Positions 9,691 to 19,000 of a DNA stretch of 29,991 bases are shown piece after piece (the first letter of the stretch is position 1; every line of letters starts with the position of its first letter). The notes under the pieces are model-generated. The model searched no databases, was not told the DNA's origin, and saw only the letters and a program-made list of their open reading frames with translations. The stretch is from Pseudomonadota bacterium (GTDB taxonomy: Bacteria > UBA10199 > 2-02-FULL-44-16 > JAAZCA01): positions 1 to 29,991 of the forward strand of contig JAZDOG010000021.1 in assembly GCA_043798915.1 (NCBI GenBank). Direction: 5' to 3'. Made by a program: the position numbers and the translations under genes.

Positions 9691-9724
9691 CCCTCCCCTT
9701 TGTAAGGGGAGGGTTAGGGTGGGG
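9691..9724. repeat. REP-like palindromic element
   Basis: CCCTCCCCTT-TGT-AAGGGGAGGG perfect 10-bp stem plus TTAGGGTGGGG tail, in an intergenic position. Confidence 0.6.
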
Positions 9725-9741
9725 AGATAATAGGAGATAAA

Positions 9742-10812
9742 ATGGGCCTGGTAAAAAAGTTTGGGCAGCAGCTGGCCGTCTTCGGCATCGCGGCGCTCTG
9801 TATCGGATATTTCGCCTCATATGTCCCTTACTCCATGATGACGAAGATGATCAGCGACGGGCTCTTTGCCGGCATGAACGGAAAGGGGTTCTCCGGGTTC
9901 GAAATTCAACCCGTCGTCATCTTCGCCAGCTCCGCGAGCATGCTGCTCTTCATCACGCTGGCCAGATGGTGGAAATACACGAGCCATTCGACGGTGTTTG
10001 GAATATCCGTGCCGAGGCCCCAGTGGTTCACGCTGGTCTCCGGGCTTTGCCTTTCCATGCAGATCATCACCACGACGCTCGCATACACCTTCACGGGCGT
10101 GAGCATCGTCTTCGCGATGCTGCTCATGAGGGGCGGCGTCCTGGTCATGGCCCCGATAGTCGACGGCGTCGTGAGGCGGCGCAAGAGAAGGATATACTGG
10201 CCGTCGTGGGTCGCTTCGGGCTTGAGTCTCGGCGCGCTCGTCATGGCCTTCCTTGAAAAAGCCGGGACCGCGATGACCATCGTCTGCGCGGTAGACATAG
10301 CGACGTATCTCTTCGCATATTTTTTCCGCCTCTATTTCATGAGCGGGCGGGCCAAGAGCGACGACTCGGCCGAGAAAAAGCGCTTCTTTGCGGAAGAACA
10401 GGGCGTGGCAAACATCGCGCTCTTCATTGCGGTCTTCCTGGTGGGGCTCGTCGGTTCCGGGATGGGCCCGGAGACGATACCGGCCCAGATATGGCGGGGC
10501 TTTGTCGAGTTCCCGTTCAAGGGCCACTTCCTGCAGGCGTTTCTGATAGGCGTCTTCTCGTATGGCACCGGCCTTTTCGGGACGCTCATCTTCCTGGACA
10601 AGCGCGAAAACACCTTCACCGTTCCGGCCAACCGCGTGTCGAGCATCCTGTCCGGCCTTGTCGCAAGTTATATGCTGGCCGTGTTCTACGGCAGGCGCTA
10701 CCCCAGCGCCTATGAGCTCAGCGGAGCCCTGCTCATCATAGTGGCGATACTCTTCCTGATGTATCGCTCAATCATCGACAAGAGGCGCAAGGCCAGCAAG
10801 ACAGCGGCATGA
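9742..10812 (+). CDS. Multi-pass membrane protein, DMT/EamA-like
   Basis: About 10 hydrophobic segments; GVSIVFAMLLMRGGVL; AGGAG RBS. Confidence 0.7.
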   Translation: MGLVKKFGQQLAVFGIAALCIGYFASYVPYSMMTKMISDGLFAGMNGKGFSGFEIQPVVIFASSASMLLFITLARWWKYTSHSTVFGISVPRPQWFTLVSGLCLSMQIITTTLAYTFTGVSIVFAMLLMRGGVLVMAPIVDGVVRRRKRRIYWPSWVASGLSLGALVMAFLEKAGTAMTIVCAVDIATYLFAYFFRLYFMSGRAKSDDSAEKKRFFAEEQGVANIALFIAVFLVGLVGSGMGPETIPAQIWRGFVEFPFKGHFLQAFLIGVFSYGTGLFGTLIFLDKRENTFTVPANRVSSILSGLVASYMLAVFYGRRYPSAYELSGALLIIVAILFLMYRSIIDKRRKASKTAA

Positions 10813-10818
10813 TGTAGA

Positions 10819-11541
10819 TTATTTCTTTCGGTATAATTCCCAGAGGAGATTAAGAGCGTTGCCATAGCGAGGCTCGAGGATGGCCGGGTCGGTCGACTCC
10901 GGCTCGTTCACCATAGTCACGAAGGGCACTTCGGTGCCAGCCAGCCCTATTGAGCCTGATGGCCCGCCGCCCGTCATGGAGCTCCAGTCGTTGTCGATGA
11001 AATACTCGTACATGTCCCTGTCGGCGACCTTGTGCGACAATATGGAGCCCGCTTCATCCTTCTTGAACCTCGAGTTGTTTCTGCGAACCGATTCCTCAAA
11101 CGAGACATCGATGTAGAGGATGGCGGCGCGCGACAGGATCTCTCCGCTGAACTTTTCGAGACTGCCCTTGAATCCGTCCGTCTTCCCTCTCGCAAACTCG
11201 ATGAGCAGCGTAGTTCCCTCGTAGAAAGAGGGGTTGTCGAGGCACTTTTGCATGATCGCCCGGTTGAATTTTTCGACGAGGCCCTCGCGGAATTTAGGGG
11301 CTTTCAGAATATGCCCGTCCGGAGTCATCTCTGTGTGGAGCCGCTCTTCTCCTCTCGCTGCGCGGCGATCGTCCTCCATGAAGACCTCCCATACCCACGG
11401 GAAGTCATCCACTTCCTCGAAACTGCCGATGTGGAGTTTTTTTGCCCTCTCTTCGTCGGTGATGCTTTTCAGGAAATAGATGAACTCGGATTTTCCGCCA
11501 GCCGGCCTGCCCAGGACAAAAAGGTTGTCGAATGTGCTCAC
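10819..11541 (-). CDS. P-loop NTPase/kinase-like protein, paralog 3
   Basis: GRPAGGKSEF Walker A, LLIEFARG and ESVRRNNSR. True start is GTG 11541 (AAGGAG RBS, GTGA overlap), not 11817. Confidence 0.85.
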   Translation of the reverse strand: MSTFDNLFVLGRPAGGKSEFIYFLKSITDEERAKKLHIGSFEEVDDFPWVWEVFMEDDRRAARGEERLHTEMTPDGHILKAPKFREGLVEKFNRAIMQKCLDNPSFYEGTTLLIEFARGKTDGFKGSLEKFSGEILSRAAILYIDVSFEESVRRNNSRFKKDEAGSILSHKVADRDMYEYFIDNDWSSMTGGGPSGSIGLAGTEVPFVTMVNEPESTDPAILEPRYGNALNLLWELYRKK

Positions 11542-12281
11542 TTCCCGTCTCCTTTTGAATATCTGCACCACAATCTTTCCATCGATTCGGTGTAGCGTTT
11601 GGCTATGTCCGGACCGGGCGGGAGCTCCGGTTCGTTCTCCATGGTGGCGAACGGAACCTTGATCCCGTTTATGCACAGGAGGCCGTCTGCCTGTCCGTGC
11701 GTGATCTCGGCCCAGTCGTCTGTCATGTAATACATCTCCATCGCGTTCCTCGGCAGCATGTGCGCGAGGATGGAGGACTTGAGCTTTTCCTGATAGCGCG
11801 CGACGTTTCTTCGCCACGATTCATCGAAGTCGACCTTGAAATAGAGGATTGCCGCTTTTTCGAGGACCTCTCTGGAGAGCCTCGACAGCGAGTCCTCGTA
11901 GGTGTGCTCGCATCCGCGCGAGAACTCGACGATGAGCGTGTTGTCCTTGTAATAATTCGGGCGGCTCAGATAGCGGTCGGCGATAGAATGATTGAACTTT
12001 ACGAACATGAGCTTATAGAGGCGGCTCATCTCCGGGCGGACGTCGTATTGATTTCCGTTGCGGACTGAAAAGATGCGCGGGAAGCCGGCCTCCTCCCACA
12101 TGTCGTCTTCCATAAACTTTTCCCAGATCCACGGGAAGTCGTCTATTTCGTCGAAACGGCCGATGTGAAAGAGCTGTGCCCTGTCGGGGCTGGGGATCTT
12201 TTTTATGAAGTCTGTGAACTCCGACTTTCCGGCCGCAGGCCGCCCAAGGAGCAGGAGGTGGTCGAAGGTGCGCTCGCTCAT
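11538..12281 (-). CDS. P-loop NTPase/kinase-like protein, paralog 2
   Basis: GRPAAGKSEF, LIVEFSRG and ESWRRNVAR; ATGA overlap with paralog 1. Confidence 0.88.
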   Translation of the reverse strand: MSERTFDHLLLLGRPAAGKSEFTDFIKKIPSPDRAQLFHIGRFDEIDDFPWIWEKFMEDDMWEEAGFPRIFSVRNGNQYDVRPEMSRLYKLMFVKFNHSIADRYLSRPNYYKDNTLIVEFSRGCEHTYEDSLSRLSREVLEKAAILYFKVDFDESWRRNVARYQEKLKSSILAHMLPRNAMEMYYMTDDWAEITHGQADGLLCINGIKVPFATMENEPELPPGPDIAKRYTESMERLWCRYSKGDGK

Positions 12282-13012
12282 CGCCCGGCCTCGTAGATTT
12301 TCATGAGTTTGGCGAGGGCCGGCCTGTATCTGGCGGTCAGAGCATCGTGCTCCTTGAGCTCCGGTTCGTTCTCCATGGTGACGAACGGAACCTTGATGCC
12401 GTTTATCTCCAGATGGCCCTCTTCCTTTCCGGACGTCATCGTCTCCCAGTCATCTTTGCTGTAGAAATGCTCCAGCGTCTCCCGGGGGACCATGTGCGCG
12501 AGGATCGAGTGCCTGAGCGTCTCCTCGTAGCGCGCCACGTTTCTCCTCCACGACTCCTCGAACGATACCTTGAGGTAGAGAATCGCCGCGCGCTCCAGTA
12601 TCTCCTTTGAGAGCCGCGGCAGGGTGCGGAGGTATCCTTCCTTTCCGCCGCGCGAGAACTCTATTATCAGCGTGCCGTCTTTGTAGAAAGCGGGTTTCGT
12701 TATATAGCGCTCCCTTGCCTCGAGGTTGAAGCGCACCATCATGAGGTCGTAGAGCTTCTCCGCCTTGGGATCGAGGCCGTAGTTGTTGCCGTAGCGCTGC
12801 GAGTAGATGCGGCCATAGCCCGCATCTTCCCACATGTTGTCTTCGAGGAACTTCTCCCAGAGCCATATGAAATCGTCCAGCTCCTCGAATCGGCCGATGT
12901 GGAACGAGCTGGCGCGCTCTTCGTCCGGCGTCTTCTTCATGAAGTCGATGAATTCGGATTTGCCGGCTGCGGGTCGCCCGAGCAGGAGAATGTGGTCGAA
13001 TGTGGGTTGCAT
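12278..13012 (-). CDS. P-loop NTPase/kinase-like protein, paralog 1
   Basis: GRPAAGKSEF, LIIEFSRG and ESWRRNVAR; AAGGAG RBS; starts 34 bp after the oxidoreductase stop. Confidence 0.88.
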   Translation of the reverse strand: MQPTFDHILLLGRPAAGKSEFIDFMKKTPDEERASSFHIGRFEELDDFIWLWEKFLEDNMWEDAGYGRIYSQRYGNNYGLDPKAEKLYDLMMVRFNLEARERYITKPAFYKDGTLIIEFSRGGKEGYLRTLPRLSKEILERAAILYLKVSFEESWRRNVARYEETLRHSILAHMVPRETLEHFYSKDDWETMTSGKEEGHLEINGIKVPFVTMENEPELKEHDALTARYRPALAKLMKIYEAGR

Positions 13013-13046
13013 GGCTCTCCTTTGTTGTTATCGCTGCCGGGCGCTA

Positions 13047-15203
13047 TCACGGCAGGCGTGTCATCTGCAAGGGTTTTTGGCTACTCTCGACGGCCTTCGA
13101 TGCATCCACGCCCTTGCTGCGTTTGGCCAGCACCTCGTCCGCCGGCGTGACCTTGAGCGAGATGGCTCCGGTCGGGCACATCGGCACGCATTTGAGGCAT
13201 GAGTCGCAGGTCGATTCCTTCCAGGGCTTGCCGAATATCGGCTTCATCGTCGTCGCGAAGCCGCGCCCGACAAATCCCAGGGCATCCAGATGTTTCACCT
13301 CGGAGCAGACGCGGATGCAGGAGCCGCACATGATGCACTTGTGGGATTCGTAGAGGATATCCGGATGGCTCTCGTCCACATGGAAATGGCGCTTGGCGCC
13401 GGTGAAGCGCTCGGGCGCGGCGCCGTATTGGAGCGCGAGCCTGTGCATGGTGCACGAGGCATAGGAGCGGCAGCCGCAGGAGAGACACCTCTCGGCCTCG
13501 CGCGCGGCCATCTCCGGCGTGAAGCCCTTCTCCACCTCGTCGAATCCCTTGATGCGTTTCTCCGCGGGGAGCTCTGGCATCGCCGTCCTCTCCGATTTCG
13601 TCTCGGCGATCCTCGCCTTGAGCTCTTCCGGTATCCCCTCCGGCTTTTCCGCCATCCTCTGCAGATATGCCTTCGGCTCGCCGGTGACCTTTTCCCCTTT
13701 GAGGTATTGATCTATCGACGCGGCGGCCTTCCTGCCAGCGGCGATCGCGGTCACGGCGATGTCGGCGCCGGTGGAGCAGTCGCCGCCGGCGAATATCCCG
13801 TCGCGGCTGGTCTTGAACGTGGAGGGATCGACGTCGAGCGTGTGCCACTTCGTGAGCTTTATGTCGCTGTCGTCGGCCTCGACGCACTCCGCATCAACGC
13901 CCTGGCCTATCGCGGCTATCACCGACGAGGCATTCATGAGGAATTCGGACCCGGCCTTCGGGACCGGGCGCCGCCTGCCGGATGAATCCGGCTCCCCGAG
14001 TTCCATCTCGATGCAGGTGAGCAGGGCACCCTGGCCCGTCTTCGCCATCTTCACCGGCGCGGCGAGGAAGTGCATCGCCACGCCCTCGTGTTCGGCCGCC
14101 TCGATCTCCACGACGTTGGCCGGCATCTCGGCGCGCGTGCGCCGGTAGAGGATCGTGACCTTCTTCGCACCCAGGCGGAGGGAGGTGCGCGCCGCGTCGA
14201 TCGCGGTGTTGCCGCCGCCAACGACCACGACGTCGTCGCCGAGCGAAGCCTTCTTGCCCTGTGCGACATCCTCGAGAAATTCGATGCCCGGTATCGCGCC
14301 GCCTTCGCTCTCGCCCTCGACGCGCATGGCGCTCGCCGACTGTGCGCCGATCGCGAGGAACACGGCGTCGAACTCCTTCGCCAGCGCCTCCACGGCGATG
14401 TCGCGCCCGAGCTGTTTGCCGCATTTTATCTCGACCCCCATCCTTCCTATGACGCCGATCTCCCTGGCCAGGATGTCGCGCGGCAGCCGGTAGGCGGGGA
14501 TTCCGTAGCGGAGCATCCCGCCCGGTTCCGCATGCGCGTCGAAGACCGTGACGGCGTGGCCGTCGATCCTCAGATAGAATGCGGCGGAGAGGCCGGCCGG
14601 CCCGGCCCCGACGATGGCGACGCGCTTGCCGGTAGTTTTGCCAGTCTCCGGCACGTAGGGCTCGGGTCGTTCGAGGTCCGCGTCGGCGATATAGCGCTTG
14701 AGAAAGCAGATCGATACGGAATCGTCGCTCAAGACCCGCCTGCACTGCTCTTCGCAGGGGCGGGGGCAGACGCGCCCGAGGCTCGCCGGGAAGGGCAGCG
14801 CCTCCTTGATGAGCTTGATCGCCTCGGCCTCGTTCTTGTGCGCCAGGAGCGAGATGAATCCAGGGATGTCGATGCCGGCCGGGCACTTCACCTGGCAGGG
14901 CCCCCGGCAGTCGCCGACGTGATCGGAGAGAAGAAGCTCCACGCAGACCTTGCGCGAGGTGCGCACGCGCCCGGATTCAGTCTCTATCACCATGCCGTCC
15001 GCGACGGCCGTAGCGCAGGAAGGCAGGAGCCTCGGTGCGCCCTTTACCTCCACGACGCAGATGAAGCACGAGCCGAAGGGTGCGAGGCCAGACTGATTGC
15101 AGAGCGTTGGGATCTCGATCCCGTTTCTCTTTGCGACCGCCAGGATCGTCTCACCGGCCTCGGCCGCGACCTGTTTTCCATTCAACGTGATCTGTAACGG
15201 CAC
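13047..15203 (-). CDS. FAD/NADPH-dependent Fe-S oxidoreductase: NuoG-type 2Fe-2S + GltD-like + C-terminal 4Fe-4S (StnC/NsoC-like, no molybdopterin domain)
   Basis: IPTLC...GSCFICVVE...PSC; PCQVKCP, GRVCPRPCE, GAGPAG, GGGNTAIDAAR, YRRT and AGGD; CLSCGC, CIMCGSCIRVC and CDSCLKCVPMCP. GTG 15203 follows AGGAGG. Confidence 0.9.
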   Translation of the reverse strand: MPLQITLNGKQVAAEAGETILAVAKRNGIEIPTLCNQSGLAPFGSCFICVVEVKGAPRLLPSCATAVADGMVIETESGRVRTSRKVCVELLLSDHVGDCRGPCQVKCPAGIDIPGFISLLAHKNEAEAIKLIKEALPFPASLGRVCPRPCEEQCRRVLSDDSVSICFLKRYIADADLERPEPYVPETGKTTGKRVAIVGAGPAGLSAAFYLRIDGHAVTVFDAHAEPGGMLRYGIPAYRLPRDILAREIGVIGRMGVEIKCGKQLGRDIAVEALAKEFDAVFLAIGAQSASAMRVEGESEGGAIPGIEFLEDVAQGKKASLGDDVVVVGGGNTAIDAARTSLRLGAKKVTILYRRTRAEMPANVVEIEAAEHEGVAMHFLAAPVKMAKTGQGALLTCIEMELGEPDSSGRRRPVPKAGSEFLMNASSVIAAIGQGVDAECVEADDSDIKLTKWHTLDVDPSTFKTSRDGIFAGGDCSTGADIAVTAIAAGRKAAASIDQYLKGEKVTGEPKAYLQRMAEKPEGIPEELKARIAETKSERTAMPELPAEKRIKGFDEVEKGFTPEMAAREAERCLSCGCRSYASCTMHRLALQYGAAPERFTGAKRHFHVDESHPDILYESHKCIMCGSCIRVCSEVKHLDALGFVGRGFATTMKPIFGKPWKESTCDSCLKCVPMCPTGAISLKVTPADEVLAKRSKGVDASKAVESSQKPLQMTRLP

Positions 15204-15225
15204 AAGTCTCCTCCTGATAGCCGCA

Positions 15226-17538
15226 TCATTCCACATCAATAGCATCCACCGGGCATATCTGGTAGCACGCGCCGCAGCGCGTGCAGGCTGATTTGTCGAT
15301 CACGTGCGTCGCGTCCTTCTCGCCCGAGATGCAGCTCACCGGGCATACCCTCACGCACGCGCCGCAGCCTGTGCAGCGGTCCGCCGATATCGCGTAGGTG
15401 ATGAGCGCGCGGCACTTCGCCGCCGGGCACCTCTTCTCGTTTATGTGCGCCTCGTATTCGTCGCGGAAATACTTGAGCGTGGTGAGCACCGGGTTGGGCG
15501 CGGTCTGCCCCAGGCCGCAGAGGGAGGCCTCCTTGATGCGCGCCGAGAGCTCATCCAGGAGCTCGATGTCGCCTGGGCGTCCTTCGCCCTCGGTGATGCG
15601 CGTCAGTATCTCGAGCATCCGGCGCGTGCCGATCCTGCAGAAGGTGCACTTGCCGCAGGATTCGTCCTGCGTGAAATTGAGGAAGAACCGCGCGATGTCC
15701 ACCATGCACGCTTTCGAGTCCATCACGACCATGCCGCCGGAACCCATGATGGCGCCGGTGGCGTTCACGGCGTCGTAGTCGACGATCGTGTCCATGATGC
15801 GCGCCGGGATGCAGCCTCCGGAGGGTCCGCCCAGTTGCACCGCCTTGACTGGCAGGCCGGACGAGGTGCCGCCGCCTATGTCTTCAATCACCTCGGCCAG
15901 CGTGATCCCCATCGGGACCTCGACGAGACCCCCGCGCTTGACGTCGCCGGCAAGCGCAAAGACCTTAGTCCCCTTGCTCTTCTCCGTGCCCATCGCGGCG
16001 AAGGCTGCCGCTCCCTTCATTATTATCCACGGGACGTTTGCGAAGGTCTCGACGTTGTTGATGTTGGTCGGCTTGCCCCAGAGCCCGGATTGCGCCGGGA
16101 ACGGGGGTCGGATCTTCGGCATCCCGCGCCTGCCCTCGATCGAGGCGATGAGGGCGGTCTCCTCTCCGCAGACGAACGCGCCGGCGCCCTCCTTTATGAC
16201 TATGTCGAATGAGAATCCGCTGCCGCAGATGTTGTTGCCGAGGTATCCCTTTTGTCTGGCCTGGCCGATTGCGATCGTGAGCCTCTTGATCGCGAGCGGA
16301 TACTCGGCCCGGCAGTAGATGTAGCCCTTGGCGGCGCCGATGGCGTAGGCGGCGATGATCATGCCCTCGAGCACGCGGTGCGGGTCGCTCTCGAGCACCG
16401 AGCGGTCCATGAATGCGCCCGGATCGCCTTCGTCCGCATTGCAGATCACATATTTTTCATTGCCTGGGGTTTTTCTTGCAAAGCCCCACTTGGCGCCCGT
16501 GGAGAAGCCGGCGCCTCCACGGCCGCGCAGGCCCGACTTTGTGATCTCATCGACCACGCGCTCGGCAGACATGCCCGACAGCACCTTTGCCAATGCCTGA
16601 TAGCCGCCGGCATCTTCGTATTCCTCGATGACCTCAGGGTCGATCAGGCCGCAGTTCTCGAGGACGATCCTCTTCTGCTTTGCGAAGAATGCGTGCTCCT
16701 CACTGCCCGACGCCTTGGGATCGATGAGCTTGGGGCCGACGATCATGCCGTGCATCACGTGTTCTGTGACGATCTTCCTGGCTGCAGCGGTGTCCACGCC
16801 GCCGTAGAGCGTGTGCGTGCCGTCGGCCGCAATGAGTTCGACGAGCGGCTCGCGGTGGCACATCCCGATGCAGCCGGTCTCCTTCAGATCGTATATCAGA
16901 GAGAGGCGCTCCTTTGCGGCCTTGAAGAGGTCGAAGACGGCGCGCGCGCCGCTGGCGATGCCGCAGCTGCCCATGCCGACGAGCACGCGGGAGATGGAGC
17001 TCGCCCCGCTGTCGGTGCAGACAGCCCCCAGGCCGGCGAGCGGATCGGATGCCTTGCCCGCCTTCCCCTCGTCCTTCTCGCGGCACGACTTGATGACCCT
17101 TCCGATCTTGGGGCGCGAGAGCTTTCCGTGGACGTCCTCATCGATCATCATCACTGGCGCCAGCGAGCAGCATCCGAGGCAGGCGACCGACTCCACCGTG
17201 AACGACTTGTCCCTGGTCGTGCCGCCAGCTGCGGGTATCCCCAGCGTCTCGCCGAGCAGGTCCGATATCGACTGGGCGCCCGCGACGTGGCAGGCGGTGC
17301 CGTGGCAGACCTTGATCATGTGCCGGCCCACGGGCTCCAGGCGGAACTGCGCGAAGAAAGTTGCCACGCCATAGAGCTGGGCGGCGGGAATCTCCGTTCT
17401 GGCTGCGATGTAATCCATCGACCCCGCCGGCAGGTATCGGAATTTTTTCTGCACGGCCTGAAGGATCGGGATGGCCGCCGAGAGGCTCTTCCCGTGCTCT
17501 GCAATTATTTCGTCGATCGCCCTGGTGTCCAGGTTCAT
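15226..17538 (-). CDS. Fused NuoE+NuoF-like (HydC/HydB, StnA/StnB-type) NADH-binding FMN/Fe-S subunit
   Basis: VCHGTACH and ACLGCC (NuoE); thioredoxin-like 2Fe-2S (GSCG...GCIGMC); GLRGRGGAGF, NADEGDPGAFMDR, GAGAFVCGEETAL, GGPSGG and ESCGKCTFCR; two C-terminal 4Fe-4S motifs. Start ATG 17538. Confidence 0.92.
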   Translation of the reverse strand: MNLDTRAIDEIIAEHGKSLSAAIPILQAVQKKFRYLPAGSMDYIAARTEIPAAQLYGVATFFAQFRLEPVGRHMIKVCHGTACHVAGAQSISDLLGETLGIPAAGGTTRDKSFTVESVACLGCCSLAPVMMIDEDVHGKLSRPKIGRVIKSCREKDEGKAGKASDPLAGLGAVCTDSGASSISRVLVGMGSCGIASGARAVFDLFKAAKERLSLIYDLKETGCIGMCHREPLVELIAADGTHTLYGGVDTAAARKIVTEHVMHGMIVGPKLIDPKASGSEEHAFFAKQKRIVLENCGLIDPEVIEEYEDAGGYQALAKVLSGMSAERVVDEITKSGLRGRGGAGFSTGAKWGFARKTPGNEKYVICNADEGDPGAFMDRSVLESDPHRVLEGMIIAAYAIGAAKGYIYCRAEYPLAIKRLTIAIGQARQKGYLGNNICGSGFSFDIVIKEGAGAFVCGEETALIASIEGRRGMPKIRPPFPAQSGLWGKPTNINNVETFANVPWIIMKGAAAFAAMGTEKSKGTKVFALAGDVKRGGLVEVPMGITLAEVIEDIGGGTSSGLPVKAVQLGGPSGGCIPARIMDTIVDYDAVNATGAIMGSGGMVVMDSKACMVDIARFFLNFTQDESCGKCTFCRIGTRRMLEILTRITEGEGRPGDIELLDELSARIKEASLCGLGQTAPNPVLTTLKYFRDEYEAHINEKRCPAAKCRALITYAISADRCTGCGACVRVCPVSCISGEKDATHVIDKSACTRCGACYQICPVDAIDVE

Positions 17539-17650
17539 GGATATGCCCTCATCGGATCTCTTGCGGAGGCGGCAGAGATAACGTGAAGAGGTCGCCCTGT
17601 CAATCGTCGCGGGCTTTACGTCTATTCTTAAAACTGATAGACCGCAAAAT

Positions 17651-18901
17651 ATGGAACTGCAGGAAATATCCTCTCTCCCGGTCGAGATAAAGCATCCGAC
17701 TTTCCATGCCTTCAGGCACAGGAACTTTCGGCTCTTCTTCGCCGGACAGAGCATCTCGCTCATAGGCACCTGGTCGCAGAGCCTCGCGATCTCGTGGCTC
17801 GTCTGGAGGCTCACCCACTCCGCGGCATGGCTTGGCATCATCGGTTTCGCGATTCAGTTTCCCATGCTGATCCTCGGGCTCCCCGGGGGCGTGGCGGCCG
17901 ACAGGTTCGACAGATTAAGATCCCTCACGCTGATGCAGGTGCTGTGCATGCTGCAGGCGGTGATCCTGTCTGTCCTCACGCTCTTCGGCGTGGTGAGGCT
18001 CTGGGAGGTCGTTGTGCTCTCCGCCATGCTCGGGGCGGTCTATTCGTTTGAATTCCCGATACGCCAGTCCTTCGTCATGGACATGGTCGGCAGGAACGAC
18101 ATGTTGAACGCCGCATCCCTGAACGCCGCGATGTTCCACGGCATGCGCATCGTGGGGCCGATGGCCGCCGGATTCATCGTGGCATGGAAAGGGGAGGGCG
18201 TTTGCTTCCTCTTCAACGCGGCGACCTTTCTCGCCCTGATCGTTGCGCTCATGATGGTCGACAGGAAAGAACTCGTCCACGTGCGGGCGGAATCGGCGCC
18301 CATGTTCGATTCCATCCGTGGCGGAATCCGCCATATGATGGGAGAGCCGCATACGAAGACGGCCCTCCTCCTCGTGGCCGTAATCTCCGTGGTGGGCATG
18401 CCCTTCGTGAACCTGCTGCCGATCTTTGCCGACAGCATCTTCGGCGGCAGATCGGTTGCGCTGGGGTGGCTCATGGGGGCGAGCGGGGCAGGCGCCCTCT
18501 CGGGCGCGCTCTGGCTTGCCAAAAGGCGCACGAGCAAGGGACTCCTCACGCTCTCCGCTAGATCGGCGACCATCTTCTCGCTGTCGACCATCGCCTTCAG
18601 CCAGCTGAAGGTCATCTGGGCGGCGTCCGTCGCCCTTGCGGTGTCCGGTTTTTTTCTGACGATGGTCGTCTCGTCCGTAAACACCCTCATACAGCATGGC
18701 ACGCCCGATCACCTGCGGGGCAGGATGATGAGCCTCTTCACGATCGCCTTCATGGGGCTCGCTCCGTTCGGGAGCCTCGTCGGCGGTTTTGTGGCGCAGG
18801 AGATCGGCGCGCCTCTCACCGTCGCCGCATGCGGGGCGGCCTGCACGTTGGCCGGCGCGGCGATCTGGATCAAGGCGAGATCGCTGGACAGGCCCCGATA
18901 G
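17651..18901 (+). CDS. MFS transporter (MFS_3/DUF894-like)
   Basis: RHRNFRLFFAGQSISLIGTW, GGVAADRFDR and TPDHLRGRMMS; 12-TM pattern. Confidence 0.92.
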   Translation: MELQEISSLPVEIKHPTFHAFRHRNFRLFFAGQSISLIGTWSQSLAISWLVWRLTHSAAWLGIIGFAIQFPMLILGLPGGVAADRFDRLRSLTLMQVLCMLQAVILSVLTLFGVVRLWEVVVLSAMLGAVYSFEFPIRQSFVMDMVGRNDMLNAASLNAAMFHGMRIVGPMAAGFIVAWKGEGVCFLFNAATFLALIVALMMVDRKELVHVRAESAPMFDSIRGGIRHMMGEPHTKTALLLVAVISVVGMPFVNLLPIFADSIFGGRSVALGWLMGASGAGALSGALWLAKRRTSKGLLTLSARSATIFSLSTIAFSQLKVIWAASVALAVSGFFLTMVVSSVNTLIQHGTPDHLRGRMMSLFTIAFMGLAPFGSLVGGFVAQEIGAPLTVAACGAACTLAGAAIWIKARSLDRPR

Positions 18902-19000
18902 TCGTTGATTTGCGATATCGATTATGGAAAGACCGAGGCCGAGGCGTGTTGTCGGTCGAAATGATGCGTAGTTAAATAAAAATGTTCGTGGGGGGATATT

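Noticed and set aside
11542..11817. N-terminal extension of ORF 10819-11817
   Set aside because: Overlaps paralog 2; alignment and RBS point to GTG 11541.
13047..17538. Respiratory complex I, [FeFe]-hydrogenase, formate dehydrogenase or glutamate synthase
   Set aside because: No membrane nuo genes, H-cluster motifs, molybdopterin domain or gltB in the operon.
13081..17586. Long alternative ORFs (e.g. 14070-15197, 15304-16212, 16252-17586, 13894-14886)
   Set aside because: Shadow frames of GC-rich genes that have clear motifs in another frame.
17539..17841. N-terminal extension of the NuoEF ORF
   Set aside because: Overlaps the divergent MFS gene; NuoE similarity starts at ATG 17538.
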